The notes beneath the pieces are model-generated. The model did no database searches and had not been told where the DNA came from. It saw only the letters and a program-made list of their open reading frames with translations. A DNA stretch of 64,000 bases from the human T2T-CHM13v2.0 reference genome, Homo sapiens. The position numbers were made by a program, and so were the translations under genes. Shown here one piece after another: positions 13,493 through 27,160 of the stretch (positions are counted from its first letter, which is position 1; every line of letters starts with the position of its first letter). The stretch lies in NCBI RefSeq assembly GCF_009914755.1, contig NC_060939.1. One strand, given 5' to 3'.

Positions 13493-16400
13493 TTGATTAC
13501 ATTCCATTCGACTCCATTCCATTCGAGTCCATTCCATTCCAGTCCATTCCATTCGATTCCATTCCATTCGATTCCATTCCACTCATTTCCACTCCGTTGC
13601 ATTCCATTGCATTCCATTCTATTCCATTCCATTGCATTCCATTCCTTTCGATTCCATTCCATTCGAATCAATTACATTGCAATGCATTACTTTCATGCCC
13701 TTTCTATTAAAGTCCAATGCATTATGGTCCATTCCATTCAATTCCATTCTATTCCATTCCATTCGAATCAATTACATTGCAATCCATCACATTCAAGTAC
13801 CTTCTGTTCCAGTCCATTCAATTCTGGTCTATTCCATTCAATTCCATTCCCTTTGTTTCCATTCCATTCTTGTACATTCCATTGGATTCCATCTCATTGA
13901 AATAAGTTCTATTCGAGACCATTTCTTCGAGTCCAATCAATTTGAGTCCATTCCATTCGAGTCCATTACATCTGGGTCTATTCCATTCCATCCCATTCCA
14001 TTCGATGCCATTCAATTTGATTCTTTTCCTTTCGGCTCCATTCCTTTCCTTTCAGTTCCATCGGATTCCATTCCATTCTATTCCTTTCCATTTCATTGCA
14101 TTCCATTCCATTCCACTGGAGACCATTCCACTTCAGTGCATTCCATTCCAGTGTATTCCATTCCATTCCATTCCATTCCGTTCCATTCCATTCCATTCCA
14201 TTCCATTCCATTCCATTCCATTCGATATCTTTCCATTACACTCCATTCCATTGTATTCCTTTACAGTCCATTCATTTCCATTCTATTCGATTCCATTCAA
14301 TTCAATTCCATTACATTCGACTCCATTTCATTCGAGTCCATTGCTATCCATTTCATTCCAATTCTTTCTGTTCTATTCCATTCCGTTCGATTCCATTTTG
14401 TTCCAGTCCATTCCATTCGAGTCCATTGCTTTCCAGTGCAATTCATTTGATTCCACTCCATTCGATTCCATTCCACTCAATTCCACTCCGTTCCATTCCT
14501 TTGCGTTCCTTTCTCTTCCATTCCATTGCATTCCATTCCATTCCATTCCATTTGTTTACATTCCATTGAATTCCAATCCAGTTGAATCAATTACATTGCA
14601 GTCCATTACATTCGAGTCTGTTCTATCCCAGTTCATTCGATTCTGGTGCATTCCATTGGATTCCTTTCCATTCGATACCATTCCATACTATTGCATTCCA
14701 TTCGATTCCATTGTTTTCGAATAAATTCCAATCGAGACCATTCCTTTCGTGTCCATTCTATTTGACTCCATTCCATTTGAGTCCAATAAATTTGTGAACA
14801 GTCCATTCCTTTCCATTCCATTCCATTCCATTCCATTCGGTGCCATTCCATTCCACTCTATTCCATTCAAGTCCATTCTATTTGATTCCATTCCATTCCA
14901 TTCGATGCCATTACATTCAATTCTATTCCATTCGACTCCATTCAATTCCATTCTCTTCCAAACGATTCCATTCCATTCTATTACTTTCTATTCCAATCCA
15001 TTCCATTCCTTTCCATTCGTTTCCATTCCATTCGAGTCCACTCCACTCCAGTCCATTCCATTCCAGGCCATTCCATTCAAGTCCATTCCACTCCATTCCA
15101 TTCCATTCGATATCTTTCAATAACACCCCATTCCATTCTGTTCCTTACAAATCAATTCAATTCCATTCCATTTGATTCCATTAAATTCGATTACATTCCA
15201 TTCGACTCCATTCCATTCGACTCTATTCCATTCAAGTCCATTCCATTCCATTCCATTGCATTCCGTTCGAATCCCTATTCCATTGCATTTTGTTCCAGTC
15301 CATTCCATTTGAGTCCATTCCATGCCAAATCATTCCATTTGATTCCATTCCAATCGATTCCATTGCACTCGAATCCAGTGCGTTCCATTCCATTGCTTTC
15401 CATTCTATTACATTCCATTGCATTACTTTGCATTCCATTTGATTACATTCCTTTCGATTGCATTAATTTCGAATCAATTACATTGCAATCCATTGCATTC
15501 GAGTTCTATTCCAGTCCATTCCAGTCCATTCAAATCAGGCCCATTTCGTTCCATTCCATTCCATTCGATTCCATTCCATTCGAATCGATTGCATTGCAAT
15601 GCTTTACATTCAAGTCTGTTTTATTCCAGTCCAATCCATTCCGGTCCATTCCGTTCGATTCCATTCCATTCGATGCCATTCCATACTATTGTATTTCATT
15701 CGATTCCATTCTATTCAAATAAATTCCACTCGAGACCATTCCTTTGAGTCCATTCTATTTGAGTCCATTCCATTCGAGTCCATTACATTTGGGTCCATTC
15801 CATTCAATTCCAATGCAATCCATTCCATTCGATGTCACTCCATTCATTTTTATTCCATTAGAATCCATGTCATTCGAGTCCATTCCATTCTATTCCATTC
15901 CACTCCATTCCATTCCATTCCACTCCATTCCATTCGTTGCCGTTCCATTCAATTCTATTATATTCCACTCCATTTAATTCCATTCCATTCCATTCCATTC
16001 TATCCAATTCCGTTCCATTCTATTCCTTTAAATTCTTCCATTCCATTCCATTCGTTTCCATTCCATTCGAGTAAAGTCCACTCCAGTCCTTTCCATTCGA
16101 GTCCATTCCTCTCCAGTGCATTCCGTTCAATCCATTCCATTCCAGTCCATTCCATTCGAGTCCGTTCCATTCCAGTCCATTCCATTCGAGTCAATTCCAT
16201 TCAATTCGACATCTTTCCATAACGATCCATTCCATTCTATTCCTTTCGATTCCATTCCATTCTATTTCATTCCATTCGATTCCCTTCCATTGGACTCCTT
16301 TCCATTCGAGTGCATTCCATTCCGTTCCATTTCTTTCCGTTCTGTACAATTCCTACCGTTCGATTTCATTTTGTTCCAGTCCATTCCTTTCGCGTCCATT

Positions 16401-18330
16401 CCATTCCATTTCACTCCATTCGATTCCATTCCATTCGATTCCATTCCACTCGATTCCACTTCGTTCCATTTCATTGCATTCCATTCTATTCACCTCTATT
16501 GCCTTCCATTCCATTCCATTCGATTACATTCCATGCGATTCCATTCGAAATTGAATCAATTACATTGCTATCCATTACTATTGAGTCCGTTTTATTCCAG
16601 TGCACTGCATTCTGGTCCATTCCATTTGATTCCATTGCATTCTATTCCATTCCATACAGTTGCATTCCATTGGATTCCATTCTATATCTATAAATTCAAT
16701 TCGAGACCATTGCTTTTGAGTCCATTCTATATGATTCCATTCCATTCAAGTCCATTACATTTGGTTCAATTCCATTCCATTCCATTCCCTTCCATTCCAT
16801 TCCATTTGATATCAATCCATTCGATTCCATTCCATTCGAGCACATTCCATTCGAGTCCATTCCATTCGATGCCATTCCATTTGATTCTATTCCATTAGTC
16901 TCCTTTCAATTCCATTAATCTCCATTCCATTCCATTCTACTCCAACTGATTCCATTCCATTCTATTCCTTTCCATTCCATTTCATTCCATTCCATTCCAT
17001 TTCATTCCATTCCATTCCATTCGCTTCCATTCCGTTCGTGTACATTCCACTCCAGTCCATTCCATTCGTGTCCATTCCATTCCAGTCCATTCCATTTGTG
17101 TCCACTGCATTCCATTACACTCCATTCCATATTATTCCATTACACTCCATTCCATTCTATTACTTTCATTTCCATTCAATTCCATTCCATTTGATTCCAT
17201 TCCACTCGCTTTCATTCCATTTGAGTCCATTCCATTCCATTCCATTCCATTCCATTCCATTCCATTCCATTCCGTTCCATTCCTTTCAGTTCCATTCCAT
17301 TCTGTTCCATTCCATTCCATTCCATTCCATTCCATTCGGTTCCATTCCATATTGTTCCCTTTGATTCCATTCGAATCCATTCCATTCCAGTCCATTCCAT
17401 TCGATTCCATTCCATTCCTTTCAATTCCATTCCATTCCATTCCATTCCACTTGATTCCACTCCATTCCCTTCCACTGCATTCCATTCGATTCCATTCCAT
17501 TGCATTGGCTTGCATTCCATTCGATTCCATTCCATTCGAATCAATTACATAGCAATCCATTACATTCGAGTCTATTCTATTCCGTTCCATTCGATTTCGT
17601 TCCAATCCATTCGATTCCATTCCATTCGATTCCATTCCATGCTATTGCATTCCATTCGATTAAATTATATTCGAATAAGTTCCATTCAAGACCATTTCTT
17701 TTGAGTCCATTCTATTTGAGTCCATTCCCTTTGATTCCATAACATTTGAGTCCATTCAATTCCATTCCTTTCGTTTCCATTCCATCTGATGCCATTCCAT
17801 TCAATTCTGTTCTACTCGACTCCAATACATTCAATTCCATTCCATCCGATTCCATTACATTCTTTTCATTTCTTATCCATTTCAAGCCATTCCATTCCTT
17901 TCCATTCCACTCGTTTCCTTTCCATTCGAGTCCATTCCACTCCACTCCATTCCATTCGAATACATTTCACTCCAGTCCATTCCATTCGAATTCATTTCAC
18001 TCCAGTCCATTAAATTCGAGTACATTCCATTCCATTCTATTCAATGCCATTCCATTCGATTCTATTCCTTTTGACACCATTCCGTTCCATCCGATTCCAT
18101 TCCATTGTATTCCATTCAATTCCATTCCATTGCATTCCATTCCATTCCATTCGTTTCCATTTCATTCTAATTCATTCCGCTCAAGTGCATTCCATTCGAG
18201 TCCATTCCCTTCCAGTCCATTCCAATAGAGTCCATTGCTTTCCATTCCATTCGATATCTTCCCATTACAGTCCATTCCATTCTATTCCTTTGGTTCCCAT
18301 TCAATTCAATTCCATTTGATTACATTTCAT
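13493..18330 (+). repeat. 4.84 kb unit (same higher-order unit with only one monomer-type segment)
   Basis: Same landmarks as copies 1-2, but the next start is at 18331 (4838 bp). Only one 'ccctttgattccataac' landmark (~17730). Confidence 0.92.
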
Positions 18331-21300
18331 TTGATTACATTCCATTCGACTCCATTCCATTCGAGTCCATTCCATTCCAGTCCATTCCATTCGATTCCAT
18401 TCCATTCGATTCCATTCCACTCATTTCCACTCCGTTGCATTCCATTGCATTCCATTCTATTCCATTCCATTGCATTCCATTCCTTTCGATTCCATTCCAT
18501 TCGAATCAATTACATTGCAATGCATTACTTTCATGCCCTTTCTATTAAAGTCCAATGCATTATGGTCCATTCCATTCAATTCCATTCTATTCCATTCCAT
18601 TCGAATCAATTACATTGCAATCCATCACATTCAAGTACCTTCTGTTCCAGTCCATTCAATTCTGGTCTATTCCATTCAATTCCATTCCCTTTGTTTCCAT
18701 TCCATTCTTGTACATTCCATTGGATTCCATCTCATTGAAATAAGTTCTATTCGAGACCATTTCTTCGAGTCCAATCAATTTGAGTCCATTCCATTCGAGT
18801 CCATTACATCTGGGTCTATTCCATTCCATCCCATTCCATTCGATGCCATTCAATTTGATTCTTTTCCTTTCGGCTCCATTCCTTTCCTTTCAGTTCCATC
18901 GGATTCCATTCCATTCTATTCCTTTCCATTTCATTGCATTCCATTCCATTCCACTGGAGACCATTCCACTTCAGTGCATTCCATTCCAGTGTATTCCATT
19001 CCATTCCATTCCATTCCATTCCATTCCATTCCATTCGATATCTTTCCATTACACTCCATTCCATTGTATTCCTTTACAGTCCATTCATTTCCATTCTATT
19101 CGATTCCATTCAATTCAATTCCATTACATTCGACTCCATTTCATTCGAGTCCATTGCTATCCATTTCATTCCAATTCTTTCTGTTCTATTCCATTCCGTT
19201 CGATTCCATTTTGTTCCAGTCCATTCCATTCGAGTCCATTGCTTTCCAGTGCAATTCATTTGATTCCACTCCATTCGATTCCATTCCACTCAATTCCACT
19301 CCGTTCCATTCCTTTGCGTTCCTTTCTCTTCCATTCCATTGCATTCCATTCCATTCCATTCCATTTGTTTACATTCCATTGAATTCCAATCCAGTTGAAT
19401 CAATTACATTGCAGTCCATTACATTCGAGTCTGTTCTATCCCAGTACATTCGATTCTGGTGCATTCCATTGGATTCCTTTCCATTCGATACCATTCCATA
19501 CTATTGCATTCCATTCGATTCCATTGTTTTCGAATAAATTCCAATCGAGACCATTCCTTTCGTGTCCATTCTATTTGACTCTATTCCATTTGAGTCCAAT
19601 AAATTTGTGAACATTCCATTCCTTTCCATTCCATTCCATTCCATTCCATTCGGTGCCATTCCATTCCACTCTATTCCATTCAAGTCCATTCTATTTGATT
19701 CCATTCCATTCCATTCGATGCCATTACATTCAATTCTATTCCATTCGACTCCATTCAATTCCATTCTCTTCCAAACGATTCCATTCCATTCTATTACTTT
19801 CTATTCCAATCCATTCCATTCCTTTCCATTCGTTTCCATTCCATTCGAGTCCACTCCACTCCAGTCCATTCCATTCCAGGCCATTCCATTCAAGTCCATT
19901 CCACTCCATTCCATTCCATTCGATATCTTTCAATAACACCCCATTCCATTCTGTTCCTTACAAATCAATTCAATTCCATTCCATTTGATTCCATTAAATT
20001 CGATTACATTCCATTCGACTCCATTCCATTCGACTCTATTCCATTCAAGTCCATTCCATTCCATTCCATTGCATTCCGTTCGAATCCCTATTCCATTGCA
20101 TTTTGTTCCAGTCCATTCCATTTGAGTCCATTCCATGCCAAATCATTCCACTTGATTCCATTCCAATCGATTCCATTGCACTCGAATCCAGTGCGTTCCA
20201 TTCCATTGCTTTCCATTCTATTACATTCCATTGCATTACTTTGCATTCCATTTGATTACATTCCTTTCGATTGCATTAATTTCGAATCAATTACATTGCA
20301 ATCCATTGCATTCGAGTTCTATTCCAGTCCATTCCAGTCCATTCAAATCAGGCCCATTCCGTTCCATTCCATTCCATTCGATTCCATTCCATTCGAATCG
20401 ATTGCATTGCAATGCTTTACATTCAAGTCTGTTTTATTCCAGTCCAATCCATTCCGGTCCATTCCGTTCGATTCCATTCCATTCGATGCCATTCCATACT
20501 ATTGTATTTCATTCGATTCCATTCTATTCAAATAAATTCCACTCGAGACCATTCCTTTGAGTCCATTCTATATGATTCCATTCCATTCAAGTCCATTACA
20601 TTTGGTTCAATTCCATTCCATTCCATTCCCTTCCATTCCATTCCATTTGATATCAATCCATTCGATTCCATTCCATTCGAGCACATTCCAATTGAGTCCA
20701 TTCCATTCGATGCCATTCCATTTGATTCTATTCCATTAGACTCCATTCAATTCCATTAATCTCCATTCCATTCCATTCTACTCCAACTGATTCCATTCCA
20801 TTCTATTCCTTTCCATTCCATTCCATTCCATTCGCTTCTATTCCATTCGTGTCCATTCCACTCCAGTCCATTCCATTCGTGTCCATTCCATTCCAGTCCA
20901 TTCCATTTGTGTCCACCGCATTCCATTCCACTCCATTCCATATTATTCCATTACACTCCATTCCATTCTATTACTTTCATTTGCATTCAGTTCCATTCCA
21001 TTTGATTCCATTCCACTCGGTTTCACTCCATTTGAGTCCATTCCATTCCATTCAATTAAATTCTGTTCCATTCCATTCCATTCCATTCCATTCCATTCGG
21101 TACCATTCCATATTGTTCCATTCGATTCCATTCGAATCCATTCCATTCCAGTCCATTCCATTCGATTCCATTCCATTCCTTTCAATTCCATTCCATTCCA
21201 TTCGATTCCACTTGATTCCACTCCATTCCCTTCCACTGAATTCTTTCGATTCCATTCCATTGCATTGCATTCCATTCCATTGGATTGCATTCCATTCGAT

Positions 21301-21980
21301 TCCATTCCATTCGAATCAATTACATAGCAATCCATTACATTCGAGTCTGTTCTATTCCGTTGCATTCGATTTCGTGCCAATCCATTCGATTCCATTCCAT
21401 TCGATTCCATTCCATACTATTGCATTCCCTTCGATTAAATTATATTCGAATAAATTCCATTCAAGAGCATTTCTGTTGAGTTCATTCTACTTGAGTCCAT
21501 TCCCTTTGATTCCATAACATTTGAGTCCATTCAATTCCATTCCTTTCGTTTCCATTCCATTTGATGCCATTCCATTCAATTCTGTTCTACTCGACTCCAA
21601 TACATTCAATTCCATTCCATCCGATTCCATTACATTCTTTTCATTTATTATCCATTTCAAGCCATTCCATTCCATTCCATTCCACTCGTTTCCTTTCCAT
21701 TCGAGTCCATTCCACTCTAGTCCATTCCATTCGAATCCACTTCACTCCAGTCCATTCCATTCGAATCCGTTTCACTCCAGTCCATTAAATTCGAGTACAT
21801 TCCATTCCATTCTATTCAATGCCATTCCATTCGATTCTATTCCATTCGACACCATTCCTTTCCATTCCGTTCCATCCGATTCCATTCCATTGTATTCCAT
21901 TCAATTTCATTCCATTGCATTCCATTCGTTTCCATTCCATTCGAATTCATTCCACTCAAGTCCATTCCATTTGAGTCCAT
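18331..21980 (+). repeat. Truncated unit with a ~972 bp internal deletion; sequence after the junction is more diverged
   Basis: Matches 1-2250 up to 20570, then continues with the equivalent of 3223 onward (junction cctttgagtccattctatatgattcc). Confidence 0.85.
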
Positions 21981-24900
21981 TCCATTCGATATCATTCCAT
22001 ACTATTGCATTCCATTCGATTCCATTGTTTTCGAATAAATTCCAACCGAGACCATTCCTTTCGTGTCCTTTCTATTTGACTGCATTCCATTTGAGTCCAT
22101 TAAATTTCTGCACATTCCATTCCTTTCCATTCCATTCCATTCCATTCCTTTCGGTGCCATTCCATTCCACTCTACTCCATTCAAGTCCATTCCATTTGAG
22201 TCCATTCCATTGATTCGATGCCATTACATTCAATTCTATTCCATTCGAATCCATTCCATTCCATTTCCTTCCAAACGATTCCATTCCATTCTATTACTTT
22301 CTATTCCAATCCATTCCATTCCGTTCCATTCGTTTCCATTCCATTCGAGTCCACTCCATTCCATTCCATTCCATTCCATTCCAGTCCATTCCATTCAAGT
22401 CCATTCCACTGCATTCCATTCCATTCGATATCATTTGATAACACCCCATTCCATTCTGCTCCTTACAATTCAATTCAATTCCAGTCCATTTGATTCCATT
22501 CCATTTGATTACATTCCATTCGACTCCATTCCATTCGACTCTATTCCATTCGAGTCCATTCCATTCCATTCCATTGCATTCCGTTCGAATCCCTATTCCA
22601 TTCCATTTTGTTATTGTCCATTCCATTTGAGTCCATTCCATGCCAAACCATTTCATTCGATTCCATTCCAATAGATTCTATTGCACTCAAATCCAGTGCG
22701 TTCCATTCCATTGCTTTCCATTCTATTACATTCCATTGCATTACATTCCATTCCATTTGATTGCATTCCATTCAATTCCATTAATTTCGAATCAATTACA
22801 TTGCAATCCATTGCATTCGAGTTCTATTCCTGTCCATTGCATTCCGGCGCATTCCGTTCCAATCCATTCCATTCGATTCCGTTCCATTCGAATCGATTGC
22901 ATTGCAATGCATTACTTTCGAGTCCGTTTTATTCCAGTCCAATCCATTCCGGTCCATTCCGTTCGATTCCATTCCATTCGATGCCACTCCATACTATTGT
23001 ATTTCATTCGATTCCATTCCATTCAAATAAATTCCATTCGAGACCATTCCTTTCATGTCCATTCTATTTGAGTCCATTCCATTGGAGTCCATTATATTTG
23101 GGTCCATTCCATTCAATTCCATTGCAATCCATTCCATTCGATGTCACTCCATTCATTTCTATTCCATTAGAGTCCATGTCATTCGAGTCCATTCCATTCT
23201 ATTCTATTCCACTCCATTCCATTCCATTCCACTCCATTCCATTCGTTGCCGTTCCATTCAATTCTATTATATTCCACTCCATTTAATTCCATTCCATTCC
23301 ATTCCATTCCATTCTATCCAATTCCGTTCCATTCTATTCCTTTAAAGTCCATTCCATTCCATTCCATTCGTTTCCATTCCATTCGAGTAAAGTCCACTCC
23401 AGTCCTTTCCATTCGAGTCCATTCCTCTCCAGTCCATTCCGTTCAATCCATTCCATTCCAGTCCATTCCATTCGAGTCCGTTCCATTCCAGTCCATTCCA
23501 TTCGAGTCAATTCCATTCCATTCGATGTCTTTCCATAAATATCCATTCCATTCTATTCCTTTCGATTCCATTCAGTTCTATTTCATTCCATTCGATTCCC
23601 TTCCATTGGACTCCTTTCCATTCGAGTGCATTCCATTCTGTTCCATTTCTTTCCGTTCTGTACGATTCCTACCGTTCGATTTCATTTTGTTCCAGTCCTT
23701 TTCTTTCGCGTCCATTCCATTCCATTTCACTCCATTCGATTCCATTCCACTCGATTCCACTTCATTCCATTTCATTGCATTCCATTCTATTCAACTCTAT
23801 TGCCTTCCATTCCATTCCATTCGATTACATTCCATGCGATTCCATTCGAAATCGAATAAATTACATTGCAATCCATTACTAATGAGTCCGTTTTATTCCA
23901 GTCCACTGCATTCTGGTCCATTGCATTTGATTCCATTCCATTCTATTCCATTCCATACAGTTGCATTCCATTGGATTCCATTCTATATCTATAAATTCAA
24001 TTCGAGACCATTGCTTTGGAGTCCATTCTATATGATTCCATTCCATTCATGTCCATTACATTTGGATCCATTCCATTCCATTCCATTAACTTCCATTCCA
24101 TTCCATTTGATATCAATCCATTCGATTCCATTCCATTCGAGCACATTCCATTCGAGTCCATTCCATTCGATGCCATTCCATTTGATTCTATTCCATTAGT
24201 CTCCATTCAATTCCATTAATCTCCATTCCATTCCATTCTACTCCAACTGATTCCATTCCATTCTATTCCTTTCCATTCCATTTCATTCCAGTAGGTTCTA
24301 TTTCATTCCATTTCATTCCATTCCATTCCATTTCATTCCATTCCATTCCATTCGCTTCCATTCCTTTCGTGTCCATTCCACTCCAGTCCATTCCACTCGT
24401 GTCCATTCCATTCCAGTCCATTCCATTTGTGTCTACTGCATTCCATTCCACTCCATTTCATATTATTCCATTACACTCCATTGCATTCTATTACTTTCAT
24501 TTCCTTTCAATTCCATTCCATTTGATTCCATTCCACTCGGTTTCATTCCATTTGAGTCCATTCCTTTCCATTCCATTCCATTCCATTCCATTCCATTCCA
24601 TTCCATTCATTCAGTTCCATTCCATTCTGTTCCATTTCATTCAATTCCATTCCATTCCATTCCATTCCATTCGGTAGCATTCCATATTGTTCCATTCGAT
24701 TCCATTCGAATCCATTCCATTCCAGTCCATTCCATTCGATTCAATTCCATTCCTTTCAATACCATTCCATTCCATTCCATTCCACTTGATTCCACTCCAT
24801 TCCCTTCCACTGCATTCCATTCGATTCCATTCAATTGCATTTCATTCCATTCCATTGGATTGCATTCCATTCGATTCCATTCCATTCGAATTAATTACAT

Positions 24901-25265
24901 AGCAATCCATTACATTCGAGTCTATTCTATTCCGTTCCATTCGATTTCGTTCCAATGCATTCGATTCCATTCCATTCGATTCCATTCCATACTATTGCAT
25001 TCCATTCGATTAAATTATATTCGAATAAGTTCCATTCAAGACCATTTCTTTTGAGTCCATTCTATTTGAGTCCATTCCCTTTGATTCCATAACATTTGAG
25101 TCCATTCAATTCCATTCCTTTCGTTTCCATTCCATTTGATGCCATTCCATTCAATTCTGTTCTACTCGACTCCAATACATTCAATTCCATTCCATCCGAT
25201 TCCATTACATTCTTTTCATTTCTTATCCATTTCAAGCCATTTCATTCCATTCCATTCCACTCGTT
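21981..25265 (+). repeat. Diverged long-unit copy lacking ~1.28 kb; leads into the first 1.8 kb monomer at 23403
   Basis: Jumps from the equivalent of 6641 to the equivalent of 7921. Carries many private substitutions (attccggcgc, gtaggttcta, tttggatcca, ccattaac). Confidence 0.8.
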
Positions 25266-26199
25266 TCCTTTTCATTCGAGTCCATTCCTCTCCAGTCCAT
25301 TCCGTTCAATCCATTCCATTCCAGTCCATTCCATTCGAGTCCGATCCATTCCAGTCCATTCCATTCGAGTCAATTCCATTCCATTCGATGTCTTTCCATA
25401 ACGATCCATTCCATTCTATTCCTTTCGATTCCATTCCGTTCTATTTCATTCCATTCGATTCCCTTCCATTGGACTCCTTTCCATTCGAGTGCATTCCATT
25501 CCGTTCCATTTCTTTCCTTTCTGAACGATTCCTACCGTTCGATTTCATTTTGTTCCAGTCCATTCCTTTCGCGTCCATTCCATTCCATTTCACTCCATTC
25601 GATTCCGTTCCATTCGATTCCATTCCACTCGATTCCACTTCGTTCCATTTCATTGCATTCCATTCTATTCAACTCTATTGCCTTCCATTCCATTCCATTC
25701 GATTACATTCCATGCGATTCCATTCGAAATCGAATCAATTACATTGCAATCCATTACTATTGAGTCCGTTTTATTCCAGTCCACTGCATTCTGGTCCATT
25801 CCATTTGATTCCATTCCATTCTATTCCATTCCATACAGTTGCATTCCATTGGATTCCATTCTATATCTATAAATTCAATTAGAGACCATTGCTTTTGAGT
25901 CCATTCTATATGATTCCATTCCATTCAAGTCCATTACATTTGGTTCAATTCCATTCCATTTCATTTCCTTCCATTCCATTCCATTTGATATCAATCCATT
26001 CGATTCCATTCCATTCGAGCACATTCCATTCGAGTCCATTCCATTCGATGCCATTCCATTTGATTCTATTCCATTAGTCTCCATTCAATTCCATTAATCT
26101 CCATTCCATTCCATTCTACTCCAACTGATTCTATTCCTTTCCATTCCATTTCATTCCATTACGTTCCATTTCATTCCATTCCATTCCATTGCATTCCCT

Positions 26200-27160
26200 T
26201 CATTCCATTCGTGTCCATTCCACTCCAGTCCATTCCATTCGTGTCCATTCCATTCCAGTCCATTCCATTTGTGTCCACTGCATTCCATTCCACTCCATTC
26301 CATATTATTCCATTACACTGCATTCCATTCTATTACTTTCATTTCCATTCAATTCCATTCCTTTTGATTCCATTCCACTCGGTTTCATTCCATTTGAGTC
26401 CATTCCATTCCATTCCATTCCATTCAGTTCCATTCCATTCGGTTCCATTCCATTCCATTCCATCCCATCCCATTCCATTCCATTCCATTCCATTCGCTAC
26501 CATTCCATATTGTTCCATTCGATTCCATTCGAATCCATTCCATTCCAGTCAATTCCATTCGATTCCAATCCATTCCTTTCAATTCCATTCCATTCCATTC
26601 CATTCCACTTGATTCCACTCCATTCCCTTCCACTGCATTCCATTCGAATCCATTCAATTGCATTGCATTCCATTCCATTGGATTGCATTCCATTCGCTTC
26701 CATTCCATTCGTGTCCATTCCATTCGTGTCCATTCCATGCCAGTCCATTCCATTTGTGTCCACTGCATTCCATTCCACTCCATTCCATATTATTCCATTA
26801 CACTCCATTCCATTCTATTACAGTCATTTCCATTCAATTCCATTCCATTTGATTCCATTCCACTCGGTTTCATTCCATTTGAGTCCATTCCATTCCATTC
26901 CATTCAGTTCCATTCCATTCTGTTGCATTCCTTTCCATTCCATTCCATTCCATTCGGTACCATTCCATATTGTTCCATTCGATTCCATTCGAATCCATAC
27001 CATTCCAGTCCATTCCATTCGATTCCATTAGATTCCTTTCAATTCCATTCCATTCCATTCCATTCCACTTGATTCCACTCCCTTCCCTTCCACTGCATTC
27101 CATTCGAATCCATTCCATTGCATTGCATTCCATTCCATTGGATTGCATTCCATTCGATTC
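26200..27160 (+). repeat. ~460-485 bp internal tandem duplication within one monomer (2283 bp unit)
   Basis: gtgtccactg occurs at 26271 and 26756; gattgcattccattcg at 26681 and 27141. Boundaries are approximate. Confidence 0.85.

Noticed and set aside
21521-25096. DYZ1 (Yq12, ~3.56 kb HSat3 unit), suggested by the 3575 and 3616 bp spacings
   Set aside because: The 3575 spacing is a single irregular unit, and 3616 is a dimer of near-identical 1808 bp monomers. The dominant period is 1.8 kb.
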